DNA of 64,000 bases from a virus (Duplodnaviria; Caudoviricetes): positions 32,001 to 96,000 of IMG/VR virus record IMGVR_UViG_3300021256_000066, one strand, 5' to 3'. Below are positions 1 to 10,604 of this stretch, piece by piece (the first letter of the stretch is position 1; every line of letters starts with the position of its first letter). The position numbers and the translations under genes are program-made. The notes below the pieces were generated by a model, which searched no databases, was not told the DNA's origin, and saw only the letters and a list, made by a program, of their open reading frames with translations.

Positions 1-3000
1 CGCGAACTCGACAAGATGTCGGCCAACGACCCTCGCCGCACCAAGATGATTAGCGACATGCGCAAATTGCAGGCGCAGATTGATGCCAACACGGGCTCCC
101 TCAAGAAACAGCAGTCTGCCTGGGGCTCTCTTGGCACTACAATGAAGAATCTGTTTGCATACGCAGGTGTCTTCGCGGGTTTCAACAAGATCAAGTCGCT
201 CATCGAGGACGTGTTCCAGTCGAACCTCAAACTCAGCGACTCGCTCGCCGATATCCGCAAGGTCAGCGGACTGGCCATGACCGACATCAACCGACTGTAT
301 CGTAACATCACGCAGATAGACACTCGCAACACCATCGAGGCGCTCAACCAACTGGCCTACACTGGCGCCAAGCTCGGTATCGGCCAGAACTACGGCGTGG
401 AGGGACTGACGGGCTTCGTCAAGGCCGCAGAGCAGGTGCAGATGGCCCTCGGCGAGGATATGGGCGAGAAAGCACTGCCCGAACTGGCCAAGATGACCGA
501 GGTGATGGGACTGATAGACAAGTACGGCGTAGAGCAGGCCATGCAGAAAGCCGCTTCGGCCATCTTCCAGCTCGGCGCAACCTCTACCGCCACAGGTACT
601 AACATTGTGGAGTTCTCAAAGCGACTCTACGGTCTGGCCAACGTCACCCGCGTATCGACCGACGACCTGCTGGCACTCGGCTCGGCTGCCGACGCAATGG
701 GACTGATGCCCGAAGTAGCCGCCACGGCCTTCAACAAACTGTTTACTTCGGTTCAGAAGAACCACAACATGATTGAAAAGACGTTGGGATTGCAGCAAGG
801 TCTTATCAAGAGCTATTACGACCAGGGCCGCACGATGGAGGCTATCGTAGCCATCTTCGAGAAGATGAACCAGACTGGCAACCTCAACCTGCTCGGCGGC
901 GTGTTCAAAGACCTCGGTAGCGACGGTGCCCGACTGGTGAACGTCATGGCAACGATGGCCGACCGCGTGGATATTCTGAAGAAACACCTCGAAACCTCGC
1001 GCACGGCATTCAAGGAGGGCGAGGCAGTCATTGGCGAGTACATGATTCAGAACCAGACCGCCGCCGCTATGGTGGAGCGTGCCTCCAACCTCTGGGCCAA
1101 GGCGTTCACCAACCCAGAGGGCGTGACGATGGTGCAGACACTGGCAAAGGAGTGGTACGACCTGTCGAAGGAGATGACCAGCAGCCAGTCAACGATGCTC
1201 TCGCTGAAGTCCGCAATCGAGGGCGTGGCTTTGGCACTGCGCACTATCATTAGCCTCGCACCGTTCCTGATCAAGGCTTTCGCCTGGGGAGGCATACTGG
1301 CCATGATCCGTGGCGTAGGCTTCGGCTTATACGGTCTGATTACGCAGTTGCGTGCCGCCACGGGAGCCGCCATGACGCTGCAGGTGGCACTGAAGAGCAA
1401 CTGGGTGCTGGCAGGCGTCAGTGCCGTGGCGGCAGCCATGACCATGCTCTACGAGAAGTCGCAGGCAGCCGCACAGGCCGCAGAAGCCGCCCGTGAGCGG
1501 CAGGCAGAACTCGACAAGGCGTTCGCGTCGTCGAAGGAGGCTGTGCAGAACGTTGTCAAGCCGTTGGAAACCTACAAGCGCGTGCTCGACGATGCCAACC
1601 TCTCCGAGAAGCAGAAGATGGACTTGGTGAAGGACTTCAACAGCACCTACAGCGAGTATCTCGACTTCCTCGGCATCGAGGTCAAGTCTGTCGATGACCT
1701 CCGCGATGCCTATGCCCGCGTGGTAGAGGTGATGCGCATCAAGAAAGCCTACGAGGAGCGGGAGTCATACCGCACGCAGGTCAACGGCACCAACCGCATG
1801 GACCGCATCGGCGCACAGGCACAGGCCGAGAGCGAGGCACGCTCGCTGGGCGTAGAGGGCATCAACAAAGAATACCTGGAGGGCACGCAGAACATCCACC
1901 GCAACGGCCACGTAGTGCGTCAGGGCTCCGACAAAGTGGTGCTCGACATCCTGAGAAAGCGGTACGGCAACAACGTCGGCATGTCGGCCAGCGGACAGGT
2001 GTACCGCATCGAGACCATCGACAAGAGCCAGCCCGTATCGGCCAACAACCAGCGGGTGGTCAATATCGACGTCGATGTGAGCGGACTGCGCTCTGCCGTC
2101 AGCAAGTACGTCAGCAGCTATCGCACAGAGAAACAGACCGACCAAGAGGTTGATCAGAAGTTCGACAGCGAGTTCTCGTGGACCGACGGCACGGGCAGGA
2201 AGCGCAGCCTCTCGGAGTTCAACATCGACGAGTACAACCAGAAGGTGATGGAGGGCCGTTACAAGCGCAAAGGCTCGCTCGACCGTGAGGCCCCCGACAA
2301 AGCCGCCATTCGTGCCGCCAAGAAGGCCGAGGCGGATCACAAGCAGGCGATTCGCAAGGAGCTGCAGGATGCAAAGCAGGAGTCGGATGCCATCATCGCG
2401 AAGATTGAGGAGTGGTACCGGCTGCAGGAGACGGTGGTGACAGGATTCGCCGCCGACGGGAAGTGGACGCAGCAGCAGGCGGAGATGGTGAACCGCGAAC
2501 TGGAGGCGGCGAAGAACGAGGCGCTGGCCAATGCCCGACTGGCCATCAGCGGGCGCGACACCCAGACGTGGGAGCAGACCAAGGAGAGCCTGCGCGTGAT
2601 GATGTTCGACACGGGCGAGTGGTCGCAAGAGCTCTTCAAGCAGATATTGGACGTTTCGATGTCCGCCATCAGCAACAAACTCGCAAAGATCGACGCAGCT
2701 GGCGGCAAGTACGGCATCACCACCTCGTCGCTGAAGGACGGACTCGACAAGAACGCCGCCGGCAACCGCCGCAAGGTGCAGGAACTGCGCAACAAGACCG
2801 CCAAGGAGGTGGAGAAGATGCTCAAGCAGTACGACTTCTTGCAGCAGGCGATGGACGCTTTCGACAACCGCCTCGCCCAGTTGGGGCTGCTTACTGACAG
2901 TGCCGTGGCCGCTGCCAACCGTATCCGTCAGGCTGCGGAGAACCCGGACGAGGCACTGAAGGCTGGCTATCAGGCACCGCCAACCGCAGAGCAGGTACAG

Positions 3001-4782
3001 CAGCAGCGCCGACAGGGACTGGAGACCGCCGCCACCAGGTTTATCGCCGGAGGCGGCAAGTCAATGGCTGTGAACTACAACGACAGCAAGGAACTCAACG
3101 ACTGGCTGCGCGAACTGACCAATGCCACCGTCAGCATGGGTGCCAACGGTATGGAGTTTAAGTTTGAATCGTGGGCAGATGCCTTCAAAGAGGATTTCGA
3201 CAAGTGGTTGCACAACACTGAGAAATACAAGTCGGAGATTCAGGCATTCTATCTCTCGCTCGTTCAGGCCAGCGACGACTACACCGAGGCCACGAAGAAA
3301 GCCTACGAGCGCGAAAAGAAACTGCAAGACCAGCGATTCCAGTTGGCTGGCTACCGTGATCAGGAAGAGCAGACCGACAAGTCGTTGGAGCGTCAAGGTA
3401 TCTTAAAGGATGCGGGTATCGGGCAGACTATTCCTGAACAACTCGGACTTGATAAGATTGCCGACGATCCTGAAATCCTGCGCATACAAAACCGCATCCA
3501 TTGGCGAAAGGTGGAATACGATGATGCCAAACGTAATCTCGAAGCACAGATGGAACTCGACCGTCTGCGCATAGAGGAAATGCAGCGCAACGGAGCCACT
3601 GAGCAGGAGATAGAAGATGCCAAGATGACGCTGAAGCAACAGCGGTCAGGACTGGAGGAACTGATGAAAGAGCGCGAGACGGCGCTTATCAACGAGACCT
3701 ACAATCTGACATCTCAGGTAGCCCAGCAGATGCAGAAGCGCGTAGATTCCATCAAGAACTTCGTCAAGCCCGTCACCGACTTCACGCAGGCCGCAGGTCG
3801 CAAGATTGGCGACATGATATTCAACATGAAGAGTGAAGAAGCCACTTGGGAAGAGTTGTGGAAGAATATGGCTCTGGCCGTTGGACAGGCCGTCATTGAG
3901 ATGGGAGCGCAGTATATGCAGAACTTTATCATGCAACAGTCTATCAACCGTGCCAGCGAGAGCGAGGCCGTCAGCGACGCAACGGTGAAGACCACGGCAG
4001 GTATCGCAGCCGGTTCGGCCAAGACCATCGGTGAACTCGGATGGTGGGGCATTCCGCTCGTAGCCGTTATCTCTGCCTTGCTGATGGGATTGTTGCAGGC
4101 TGCCCTTTCCACCAACCGCGATAGTGGCAGTAACGCCAATGCTGCCAAGCCGAAGATTAAGCTCGCACAGGGGATGCTGACGTATGATTCCGGCAACCTG
4201 CAAGAGGTTGCCGGTGAAGGACGCTCGACCTCTGGTCGCTTGCTACCAACGGGACGCAAGAACGTGCAGACCGTCGTGGGCGATGACGGACGGGTGTATC
4301 GGGCTCGCGAGCAGCAGTCGTTGCCGGATGGTGTGTCGATGGTGACGGAGCCGATTGCCACCCGCGTGAACGGTCAGCAGGCGCTCGTCGGTGAGCGCGG
4401 ACCTGAGATTGTCATCGGGCGACGCACGACAAGGGCGATCCAGATGAACCGTCCCGACCTGTTGCGCGACCTGGCGATGATCGACCGTGGCATCACGACG
4501 CGCAAAGTCAGAACCTTCGATGAAGGTAATATCAGCGACATGGCGAGTGCCTTCGCAGGGCAGCTGCCTGCCACGCAGCAGGGGCAGCAGGGTGGCGGCG
4601 ACGCCCAGCGTGAGCGCGACCAGGCGATGTTGGCGACGCTCGGTACGCTGTCGCAGACCATCGGTCAGTTGCAGCAGCAGCTTGCGGCTGGCATCCATGC
4701 CGAGATGAATATGTACGGTGACAACGGGGCTTACAAGAAGTTCCAGCAGGCTGATAAGTACTATAAAAAGTATGGCGGTTAG
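1..4782 (+). CDS. Phage tail tape measure protein (frame is open from base 1, so probably 5'-truncated; first ATG at 16)
   Basis: 1588-aa Ala/Gln-rich helical ORF with TMP-like core (LSDSLADIRKVSGL...LALGSAADAMGLMPEVAATAFNKL), hydrophobic stretches, and C-terminal ALVGERGPEIVI motif. Confidence 0.9.
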   Translation, partial: RELDKMSANDPRRTKMISDMRKLQAQIDANTGSLKKQQSAWGSLGTTMKNLFAYAGVFAGFNKIKSLIEDVFQSNLKLSDSLADIRKVSGLAMTDINRLYRNITQIDTRNTIEALNQLAYTGAKLGIGQNYGVEGLTGFVKAAEQVQMALGEDMGEKALPELAKMTEVMGLIDKYGVEQAMQKAASAIFQLGATSTATGTNIVEFSKRLYGLANVTRVSTDDLLALGSAADAMGLMPEVAATAFNKLFTSVQKNHNMIEKTLGLQQGLIKSYYDQGRTMEAIVAIFEKMNQTGNLNLLGGVFKDLGSDGARLVNVMATMADRVDILKKHLETSRTAFKEGEAVIGEYMIQNQTAAAMVERASNLWAKAFTNPEGVTMVQTLAKEWYDLSKEMTSSQSTMLSLKSAIEGVALALRTIISLAPFLIKAFAWGGILAMIRGVGFGLYGLITQLRAATGAAMTLQVALKSNWVLAGVSAVAAAMTMLYEKSQAAAQAAEAARERQAELDKAFASSKEAVQNVVKPLETYKRVLDDANLSEKQKMDLVKDFNSTYSEYLDFLGIEVKSVDDLRDAYARVVEVMRIKKAYEERESYRTQVNGTNRMDRIGAQAQAESEARSLGVEGINKEYLEGTQNIHRNGHVVRQGSDKVVLDILRKRYGNNVGMSASGQVYRIETIDKSQPVSANNQRVVNIDVDVSGLRSAVSKYVSSYRTEKQTDQEVDQKFDSEFSWTDGTGRKRSLSEFNIDEYNQKVMEGRYKRKGSLDREAPDKAAIRAAKKAEADHKQAIRKELQDAKQESDAIIAKIEEWYRLQETVVTGFAADGKWTQQQAEMVNRELEAAKNEALANARLAISGRDTQTWEQTKESLRVMMFDTGEWSQELFKQILDVSMSAISNKLAKIDAAGGKYGITTSSLKDGLDKNAAGNRRKVQELRNKTAKEVEKMLKQYDFLQQAMDAFDNRLAQLGLLTDSAVAAANRIRQAAENPDEALKAGYQAPPTAEQVQQQRRQGLETAATRFIAGGGKSMAVNYNDSKELNDWLRELTNATVSMGANGMEFKFESWADAFKEDFDKWLHNTEKYKSEIQAFYLSLVQASDDYTEATKKAYEREKKLQDQRFQLAGYRDQEEQTDKSLERQGILKDAGIGQTIPEQLGLDKIADDPEILRIQNRIHWRKVEYDDAKRNLEAQMELDRLRIEEMQRNGATEQEIEDAKMTLKQQRSGLEELMKERETALINETYNLTSQVAQQMQKRVDSIKNFVKPVTDFTQAAGRKIGDMIFNMKSEEATWEELWKNMALAVGQAVIEMGAQYMQNFIMQQSINRASESEAVSDATVKTTAGIAAGSAKTIGELGWWGIPLVAVISALLMGLLQAALSTNRDSGSNANAAKPKIKLAQGMLTYDSGNLQEVAGEGRSTSGRLLPTGRKNVQTVVGDDGRVYRAREQQSLPDGVSMVTEPIATRVNGQQALVGERGPEIVIGRRTTRAIQMNRPDLLRDLAMIDRGITTRKVRTFDEGNISDMASAFAGQLPATQQGQQGGGDAQRERDQAMLATLGTLSQTIGQLQQQLAAGIHAEMNMYGDNGAYKKFQQADKYYKKYGG

Positions 4783-4834
4783 CGAGATTTCCCTACCTAC
4801 CTTTTTTGTAGGGCGCGTGCCCTACGGTTCCCCG

Positions 4835-4914
4835 TTCATTTTCTCGCTCGCTCCGAGAAAACGAACCAAAAGAGGGGCGCTACCCCCAAGGCCCCCTTCA
4901 AAGGGGGATGCAAC
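4835..4914 (+). repeat. REP/MITE-like double-hairpin repeat, copy 1 (related copies on the - strand at about 5177-5223 and 9509-9589)
   Basis: TTCATTTTCTCG-ctcgctc-CGAGAAAACGAACCAAAAGA...CCAAGGCCCCCTTCAAAGGGGGATGCAAC resembles the reverse complement of 9509-9589 with different but still pairing stems. Confidence 0.65.
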
Positions 4915-5226
4915 ACGAAAAGTCGCAGAGACCGCCGACTTTTCTCCGTTTTGGTATCGCGGGACACGCGATAATCTTTTTTTGTTTTATAAATTCTCGA
5001 AAACATTCCGCACGAAGAGGTCTTTAGAGGATGTACTATTATCGGAATCTTCTTCGATTCTTGTGTCGCATAAGCGAGACAAGCAAATCGACATGAGATG
5101 CTGTCTGAGCGAAGCGAGTTCATCGAATGATTACGATAATCGGACAGCCGGCCTCTGAGACAGGACGTTTTCGCGCTCTTTCTTTTGATTCGGTTTTCTT
5201 TCTGGCGACAGAAAGAAAATGAATGC

Positions 5227-5262
5227 TTGTCCCATTTTCCAATGGTCGCGACATTAATTTTG
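5227..5262 (+). promoter_or_regulatory. Candidate late promoter (TTGTCCCA ... TAATTTTG) upstream of portal
   Basis: Bacteroidetes -7 box TAnnTTTG at 5255 with GTCCCA 26 nt upstream; same arrangement at 28400 and 36560. Confidence 0.55.
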
Positions 5263-5298
5263 GAGCAATGATACAAATAAATAAAAAGGTATAACGAT

Positions 5299-7215
5299 AT
5301 GAGAAAGAAGAAAAAAGACCACCCCAACGTGACGGTGGTGACGAGCCGCGAGGAGTTTGAGCGCGAGGCGCAGCGGCTGCGCGAGAGCGGATTTACGGAA
5401 GTGCCGGGTGCGCTCGGCGGCGGCAGCGGCGGCGGCATCAGCCCCGACTATGCCGACTACCTCGAAGCGAAGTTGTCGTGCGAGGCGAAGACCGGCAGCG
5501 GCAAGACCTCTCTGCCCCTGCTCCACGTGAGCAGCGGCTGTGCCCAGCCCGTGACGGCGGCCAACGGCCACAAGGGAAGCTACATCACCTGGGGCGCGGG
5601 CAACCGCATCCCGAACGTCATCTCACTGCTCTGTTCGCTGCTGCCCTACACGGCGGCTGCGCTGAAGTTCAACATCGACCTCTGTTGCGGGATGGGGCCA
5701 CGCCCGATGTACGCCTACACGCAGTATATTGGAGGTAACGTCTCGCAGAAGTCGATACCATACGACCAGGCCGACAAGCTCATCCTCGGACAGATACGCG
5801 ACCTGCAGCTGCAACTGGTGAAGCTGGAGGCAGAACATCCGGAGTTGACTGAGGATGACGGCGCAGCAGGCATAGCGCTTGTTCAGACCACCCCACCTGT
5901 CGGCACCCCTCCTAACTCAGGAGGGGAAACAGATACCTCGAAGCCTCGCAAGTCTGCCGCCGAGGAGATGCGCGACGAACTGCGGGAGCAGATAGAGAGC
6001 CTGCGCAAGGACCTCGCCACGTGGCAGCTGACGATGAAGCAGCTCTACGGCGACCCCGACGCGACGGAGGCCGAAGACCGCATCGGATTCCTCGGGCGCA
6101 ACAACCTGCTGCAGACCTTCCAGCAGCTCTACGCCGACATGCTGCAGTACAACATCTGCTTCCCCGAGTTCGAGTTGCAGAAGTCGTACCTCGTGCCCTC
6201 GCAGCAGACCGACCCCGCGACCGGCAAGACGGTGATGAAGGACGTGCCCGCCTCGCAGTGGTCGCCCAAGGTGGTCGGACTGAAATGGCGCAACGCCAAG
6301 ACCATGCGCCTCGAAATGATGTCGAACCAAAACCGTATAGAACATGTTTACATCTCAAACCAGTGGCTTTCATCGCCCGAACAGACCATCCCAACGCAGG
6401 ATAGTGATTTCAAGATCGACGCTCTTCCGGCACTCTCCTATCAACAGCCAGCCCAAGACCTGGAACGGCTTGCGCGAGACGCCCGAACCGCTCGAACTGG
6501 CAAAGCTGCCAGACCCACTCATGTAGTGATGCCCGTCACGTACAACGAGTACGGCCACCCTTATTACCCCGTGCCGGCGTGGTACTCCGTCTTCAGCGGC
6601 GATGTCTATACCTACGCCTCGCTGCTCATCTCCGACCGCAAGAAGCGCCGCGACAATGCCAATGTGATAGGCAGGATTCTGTATGTTTCGGACGAATACA
6701 TACAACGAATGTATATCCAAAGGCATCTCGACACGCCCGAACAGCGCCGCGAGTTCTTCCAGAAGGAGATTGTGGAGCCCATCAACAACTTCCTGAAGAA
6801 CCGCGACCACATGGGAGAGCCGATGCTCGCCTACACGTTCAAGGATGCCGACGGCAAGGTGTATAAGTCGTGGGAGATCGTCGAGGTGCAGGAGAACAAC
6901 GCCCAGCAGGCCGAGGCCAACAAGGAGGAGCTGGCCGAGATTTCGAGCATCATCCTCTTTGCGTGGGGCGTCGATTCGCAACTGATCGGCAACACCCCCG
7001 GCACGACCACCCGCAGCGGTGGAACCGATTTGCGCGAGCGATACCTGCTGAAACAGGTGAACATGGCGCTGATGCAGCAGCTGGTGCTCAACACGCTCCA
7101 GGTCGTCAACGTCCGCAACCAGTGGGACCCGCACCTCCAGTGGCAGATCAAGAAAGAAGTGCTCACCACGCTCGACAACTCGAAGACCGGCATCACCGAG
7201 GCCGAGAGCGCGTAA
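5299..7215 (+). CDS. Phage portal protein (Bacteroidetes type)
   Basis: 638 aa; motifs WGAGNRIPN, YYPVPAW, SGGTDLRERYLL, LTTLDNSKTG; directly upstream of a DUF6712-like gene. Confidence 0.75.
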   Translation: MRKKKKDHPNVTVVTSREEFEREAQRLRESGFTEVPGALGGGSGGGISPDYADYLEAKLSCEAKTGSGKTSLPLLHVSSGCAQPVTAANGHKGSYITWGAGNRIPNVISLLCSLLPYTAAALKFNIDLCCGMGPRPMYAYTQYIGGNVSQKSIPYDQADKLILGQIRDLQLQLVKLEAEHPELTEDDGAAGIALVQTTPPVGTPPNSGGETDTSKPRKSAAEEMRDELREQIESLRKDLATWQLTMKQLYGDPDATEAEDRIGFLGRNNLLQTFQQLYADMLQYNICFPEFELQKSYLVPSQQTDPATGKTVMKDVPASQWSPKVVGLKWRNAKTMRLEMMSNQNRIEHVYISNQWLSSPEQTIPTQDSDFKIDALPALSYQQPAQDLERLARDARTARTGKAARPTHVVMPVTYNEYGHPYYPVPAWYSVFSGDVYTYASLLISDRKKRRDNANVIGRILYVSDEYIQRMYIQRHLDTPEQRREFFQKEIVEPINNFLKNRDHMGEPMLAYTFKDADGKVYKSWEIVEVQENNAQQAEANKEELAEISSIILFAWGVDSQLIGNTPGTTTRSGGTDLRERYLLKQVNMALMQQLVLNTLQVVNVRNQWDPHLQWQIKKEVLTTLDNSKTGITEAESA

Positions 7216-7249
7216 AAGAAAAAAAGTAAAAAGGTAAAACGATACAATT

Positions 7250-8425
7250 ATGTTAATTACAACAATCGAGGAATTAAGACTGTGCTTCCCCAGCCACGCC
7301 ATCGACCACATCGACGCATTTGTCGGCTATATCGACAACTCCGAGCACGAGTTTCTGCTCCAGCCCCTCGGACAGCCGCTGTATGACAAACTCTGCGACT
7401 GGTACGACCAGAACAAACCCGTGATGACCACCATCGACGACAAGCAGGCAGGCTATTACAACAAACTCCTGCTCATCGCCCAGCGCTGCGTCGCCTTCGA
7501 CGCCATGTCGAGAGCCATCGACCAGCAGGCCATCTCGATCAACGGCTCCGGCATCAACTTTGCCAGTGCCGACGACTACAAGCCTGCCGACCGCGACGCC
7601 ATCAACGCCGCCAAGCTCTCCTATCAGAAGGAAGCCCACTCAGCCCTCAACCGCCTGCTCTACACGCTGGAGCTGTGGACTTGCCAAGGGTCTGACGACA
7701 CCGAGCGCACGGAGATCACCGCCCTCTGGCGCCAGTCGCGCTACTTCTACCTCGTCGCCCAGCTGCTCATCCCCTCAGCCGTCGTGCTGCAGGAATACCT
7801 GAATATCTACGACAGCCGCGAGAAGTATATCCAGATGCTTCCCGACCTCCACTTCATCCAGGAAGAACAGATTGCCCCCGCCATCGGTGAGGACTTCTGC
7901 GACAGGCTCGTGGCGCTGCAACTCCGTGGCGGCACCCGTCGCGACCTCACCGCAGCCACCGCCGCACAGCCGAAGACCGCCGAGGACGACACGCTGCCAG
8001 CCACCGTCCGCCGACTGCTCCACAAGCTGCGCAAGATAGAGGCCACCCTGCTCGAAGGCCGCACGAAGGTGCTCCGCGTCGAGAAAGACCGCCGCATCGC
8101 CGCCCGCGACGAGGGTATGCGACTGCTCAGCGACTGGCTCGCGTGGTGCCAGCAGCATCAGCAGGCCATCCTGCACGACCTCGACACGCTTGCCGGACTG
8201 CCCGCCACCGCCGCCGCCCTGCTCTCGCCCGACGATCAGAAGAAGCTCGACCCCGCACAGCTCGCCGCCCTGCTCGAAGCCGAGCGCCCCTTCACCGACA
8301 GCCCCATGTTCCTCGCCCCCGTCTGGGAGCAGCCGCAGTCATCGGGCACAGCCCCAGATGCCTGTCCCCACGACACCCACGACTGCGAAATCGACGGCAT
8401 GCTGGTGACAGCTCCGCTTCTCTGA
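7250..8425 (+). CDS. DUF6712-like phage protein (putative head completion/adaptor)
   Basis: N-terminus MLITTIEELR...IDNSEHEFLLQPLGQPLYDKL, internal repeat IAPAIGEDFCDRL; position after portal. Confidence 0.6.
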   Translation: MLITTIEELRLCFPSHAIDHIDAFVGYIDNSEHEFLLQPLGQPLYDKLCDWYDQNKPVMTTIDDKQAGYYNKLLLIAQRCVAFDAMSRAIDQQAISINGSGINFASADDYKPADRDAINAAKLSYQKEAHSALNRLLYTLELWTCQGSDDTERTEITALWRQSRYFYLVAQLLIPSAVVLQEYLNIYDSREKYIQMLPDLHFIQEEQIAPAIGEDFCDRLVALQLRGGTRRDLTAATAAQPKTAEDDTLPATVRRLLHKLRKIEATLLEGRTKVLRVEKDRRIAARDEGMRLLSDWLAWCQQHQQAILHDLDTLAGLPATAAALLSPDDQKKLDPAQLAALLEAERPFTDSPMFLAPVWEQPQSSGTAPDACPHDTHDCEIDGMLVTAPLL

Positions 8426-8446
8426 CCCCCCCAAAAAAAAGGCGAT

Positions 8447-9427
8447 ATGAAACCGACAACATTAGATTTGAAAGTGCCTCGCGGATGGCAGCAGTGCTCC
8501 ACCCGTGAGCTTGAGATGATAGCCGAGGAGATGATCCGCTCGCAGATGATAGCATCGCTCTCCCGATTCCATCCCTTCGACTGGACCGAAATCAAGACCC
8601 GCCTCTTCTTCCGCTTCTCGGGAGTGGAGGTGACGGACATGGTGGAAGACGAATACGAAAACGACGTCTTTATCTGCCGACACCCGTCGCTCGGCAAGGA
8701 GACGTTCGAGTTGCAGACCTGGCAGGTGTATTCGTTCCTCGAACAGCTGAAGTGGCTCGACGCCACCGACGCGAAAGGCCGACCCCTGCCGATGCCGAAG
8801 ATGATGTGGCCCTACCCCGAACGGCTGTGGCGACTCCGATGGAAACGCTGGAAGCCCGAGAAAGATTACTACCGACCTGGCGAACTGCTCGACGGTCTCT
8901 CGTGGGCGCAGTACCGACTGGCGAACGACTGGATGGAGGTATATACCAATGCGGCGAACGGGCTCATCGCTGAACAAGAGAAGCACGCCAAGGCCAATCC
9001 AGAGCGCATCCGCAGCCTCGCAGAGCAGCAGGAGAACGCCCGACTGGAGGTGCTGGCGCAACTGTTCTACGTGAGCGACCCCGCAGAGCCGTCGAAGGTG
9101 AAGTCAGCCCCGCGCCGACTGCTGCGCAAGATTACCGAGGTCGAATGGCAGGTCATCATGTTCTGGTGGTCGTCGATGATGCAGTACCTGAAAGAACAAT
9201 ATCCGAAGTGCTTCAAGTCGTCGGCCAAGAATCCGAGGTCGCGCTCGAAGCAACAGCCGCTGCCGATTGAGTTATATACCCGCTCGATGGCCACGCTGCA
9301 GAAGTACCTCGGCGGCCTCACGGAAGATGAAATCAACGCCCAGACCGCCCACGCCATCCTGCGCCACCTGAACGACATGGCCGTAGAAGCCGAGGAAATG
9401 GAGAAACTCCGCCGCAAGCACAAATAA
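8447..9427 (+). CDS. Conserved phage hypothetical protein (morphogenesis module)
   Basis: 326-aa ORF, LKVPRGWQQ N-terminus, FWWSSMMQYLKEQYPKCF; follows the DUF6712-like gene. Confidence 0.65.
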   Translation: MKPTTLDLKVPRGWQQCSTRELEMIAEEMIRSQMIASLSRFHPFDWTEIKTRLFFRFSGVEVTDMVEDEYENDVFICRHPSLGKETFELQTWQVYSFLEQLKWLDATDAKGRPLPMPKMMWPYPERLWRLRWKRWKPEKDYYRPGELLDGLSWAQYRLANDWMEVYTNAANGLIAEQEKHAKANPERIRSLAEQQENARLEVLAQLFYVSDPAEPSKVKSAPRRLLRKITEVEWQVIMFWWSSMMQYLKEQYPKCFKSSAKNPRSRSKQQPLPIELYTRSMATLQKYLGGLTEDEINAQTAHAILRHLNDMAVEAEEMEKLRRKHK

Positions 9428-9508
9428 CTATGCGCCAGCCGACAAAAAACCAAGCCGACCCTTTGATGGGTCGAGCTTACCTTAATGAATGAGCGACGAG
9501 TAGGAGCG

Positions 9509-9589
9509 GTTGCATCCTTCCCTTGGGGGAAGGCCTTGGTTGGGGGAATGCTTTCTTTGGTTCGTTTCTTTCGCGCCGAAAGAAATGAA
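9509..9589 (-). repeat. REP/MITE-like double-hairpin repeat, copy 2
   Basis: Reverse complement resembles 4835-4914. Confidence 0.6.
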
Positions 9590-9623
9590 TAAACAGAATT
9601 ATAAATTTTAAAATACATAAATT

Positions 9624-10193
9624 ATGAGTTTTCTAAGCTATTTTTCAAAACAGCGCCGCGAGCAAAGGCGCAAGTTAAAAGAGTTGAAGGCCTTCGCCGA
9701 CAAGTTCTCGACCCTCGACCGCCTCGAACAGTCGGGACTCCTCGTCTGGGACCAGAATCAACGGCGCCTGTTCATCGCCCAGTCGCTCGCCCTACTGATG
9801 ATGAAGTCGGCAGAGTCGTGGACGGCCTTCGTGCAGAACGTCTATCTCTGGCTGGCTTATCAGCAGGCGCAGGAGGCTTGGAACGCCCACTTCTTGCGCT
9901 GCGAACTCGATGCCGTGCGCCGCGCCTCGGTCGGTGAGAACCACGAGACCGTCCGGCTCTCCCGCGCCGACGTCGAGCGCATCCGTCTCGCAGCCCGTCA
10001 GCAGGTCGCTGAATCAGACATCGAACCGCCGAAGGTCGAACCCTTCGAGATGTTCATCGTCGAAGATACCGTCGATGCGAAACCGAAGATTATCGCCGTC
10101 GGCTACTTCGACCCCGAGACCAACGCCCAGGAACTCGCCCCGTGGAGCGAAATCAGCGGTTTTGTAAGATCATCATCAGACGAGAAGCCATGA
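9624..10193 (+). CDS. Hypothetical protein
   Basis: 189-aa ORF, AT-rich leader, phage-like codon usage. Confidence 0.7.
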   Translation: MSFLSYFSKQRREQRRKLKELKAFADKFSTLDRLEQSGLLVWDQNQRRLFIAQSLALLMMKSAESWTAFVQNVYLWLAYQQAQEAWNAHFLRCELDAVRRASVGENHETVRLSRADVERIRLAARQQVAESDIEPPKVEPFEMFIVEDTVDAKPKIIAVGYFDPETNAQELAPWSEISGFVRSSSDEKP

Positions 10194-10441
10194 CCGACGA
10201 CAAGAAGACGCTCCAGATACAGCTGATGATGCTCGACATCGACGAGGTACTGACCCGCCACGGGGCCACGACCGAACAGCTGCTGACCGCCGCCCAGGCC
10301 ATCGCCACCGCCGCCATCGGCGACCTCGTGAACCGTGGCACCGACCCCGACGCACTTCACAAAGCCGCCGACGCCATCGCCGAGCAGATCCGCACCGCCC
10401 TGCATAAGCGCATAGAGGAAGGGAAGCTACCTGAATGGTAA
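10190..10441 (+). CDS. Hypothetical protein
   Basis: ATGA overlap with the upstream stop; 83 aa. Confidence 0.6.
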   Translation: MTDDKKTLQIQLMMLDIDEVLTRHGATTEQLLTAAQAIATAAIGDLVNRGTDPDALHKAADAIAEQIRTALHKRIEEGKLPEW

Positions 10442-10459
10442 TGTTAACAAACCTTCATC

Positions 10460-10535
10460 CGCATCAAGCGGGGTGCGTGATGCGCATCAAAGGGGGTGCG
10501 TGATGCGCATCAACCACCCCGTGCGATGCGCATCA
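10460..10535. repeat. Tandem 23-bp repeat (3 copies plus a partial) containing palindrome GATGCGCATC
   Basis: CGCATCAAGCGGGGTGCGTGATG / CGCATCAAAGGGGGTGCGTGATG / CGCATCAACCACCCCGTGCGATG. Confidence 0.8.
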
Positions 10536-10604
10536 TCCTAAAAAATGGTCATTCAGATGACACATAGTTAATATATTTATTCACCAATTAAAAGCATTAT
10601 CATT

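Noticed and set aside
8426-8440. C7A8 run as a phase-variable site
   Set aside because: Intergenic, with no frame or promoter-spacing consequence that I can show.
390-9061. Many long antisense or alternate-frame ORFs (e.g. 1765-2628, 6370-7311; also 44750-45484 and 53251-54192 further on)
   Set aside because: Shadow ORFs of GC-rich coding sequence that overlap well-supported genes.
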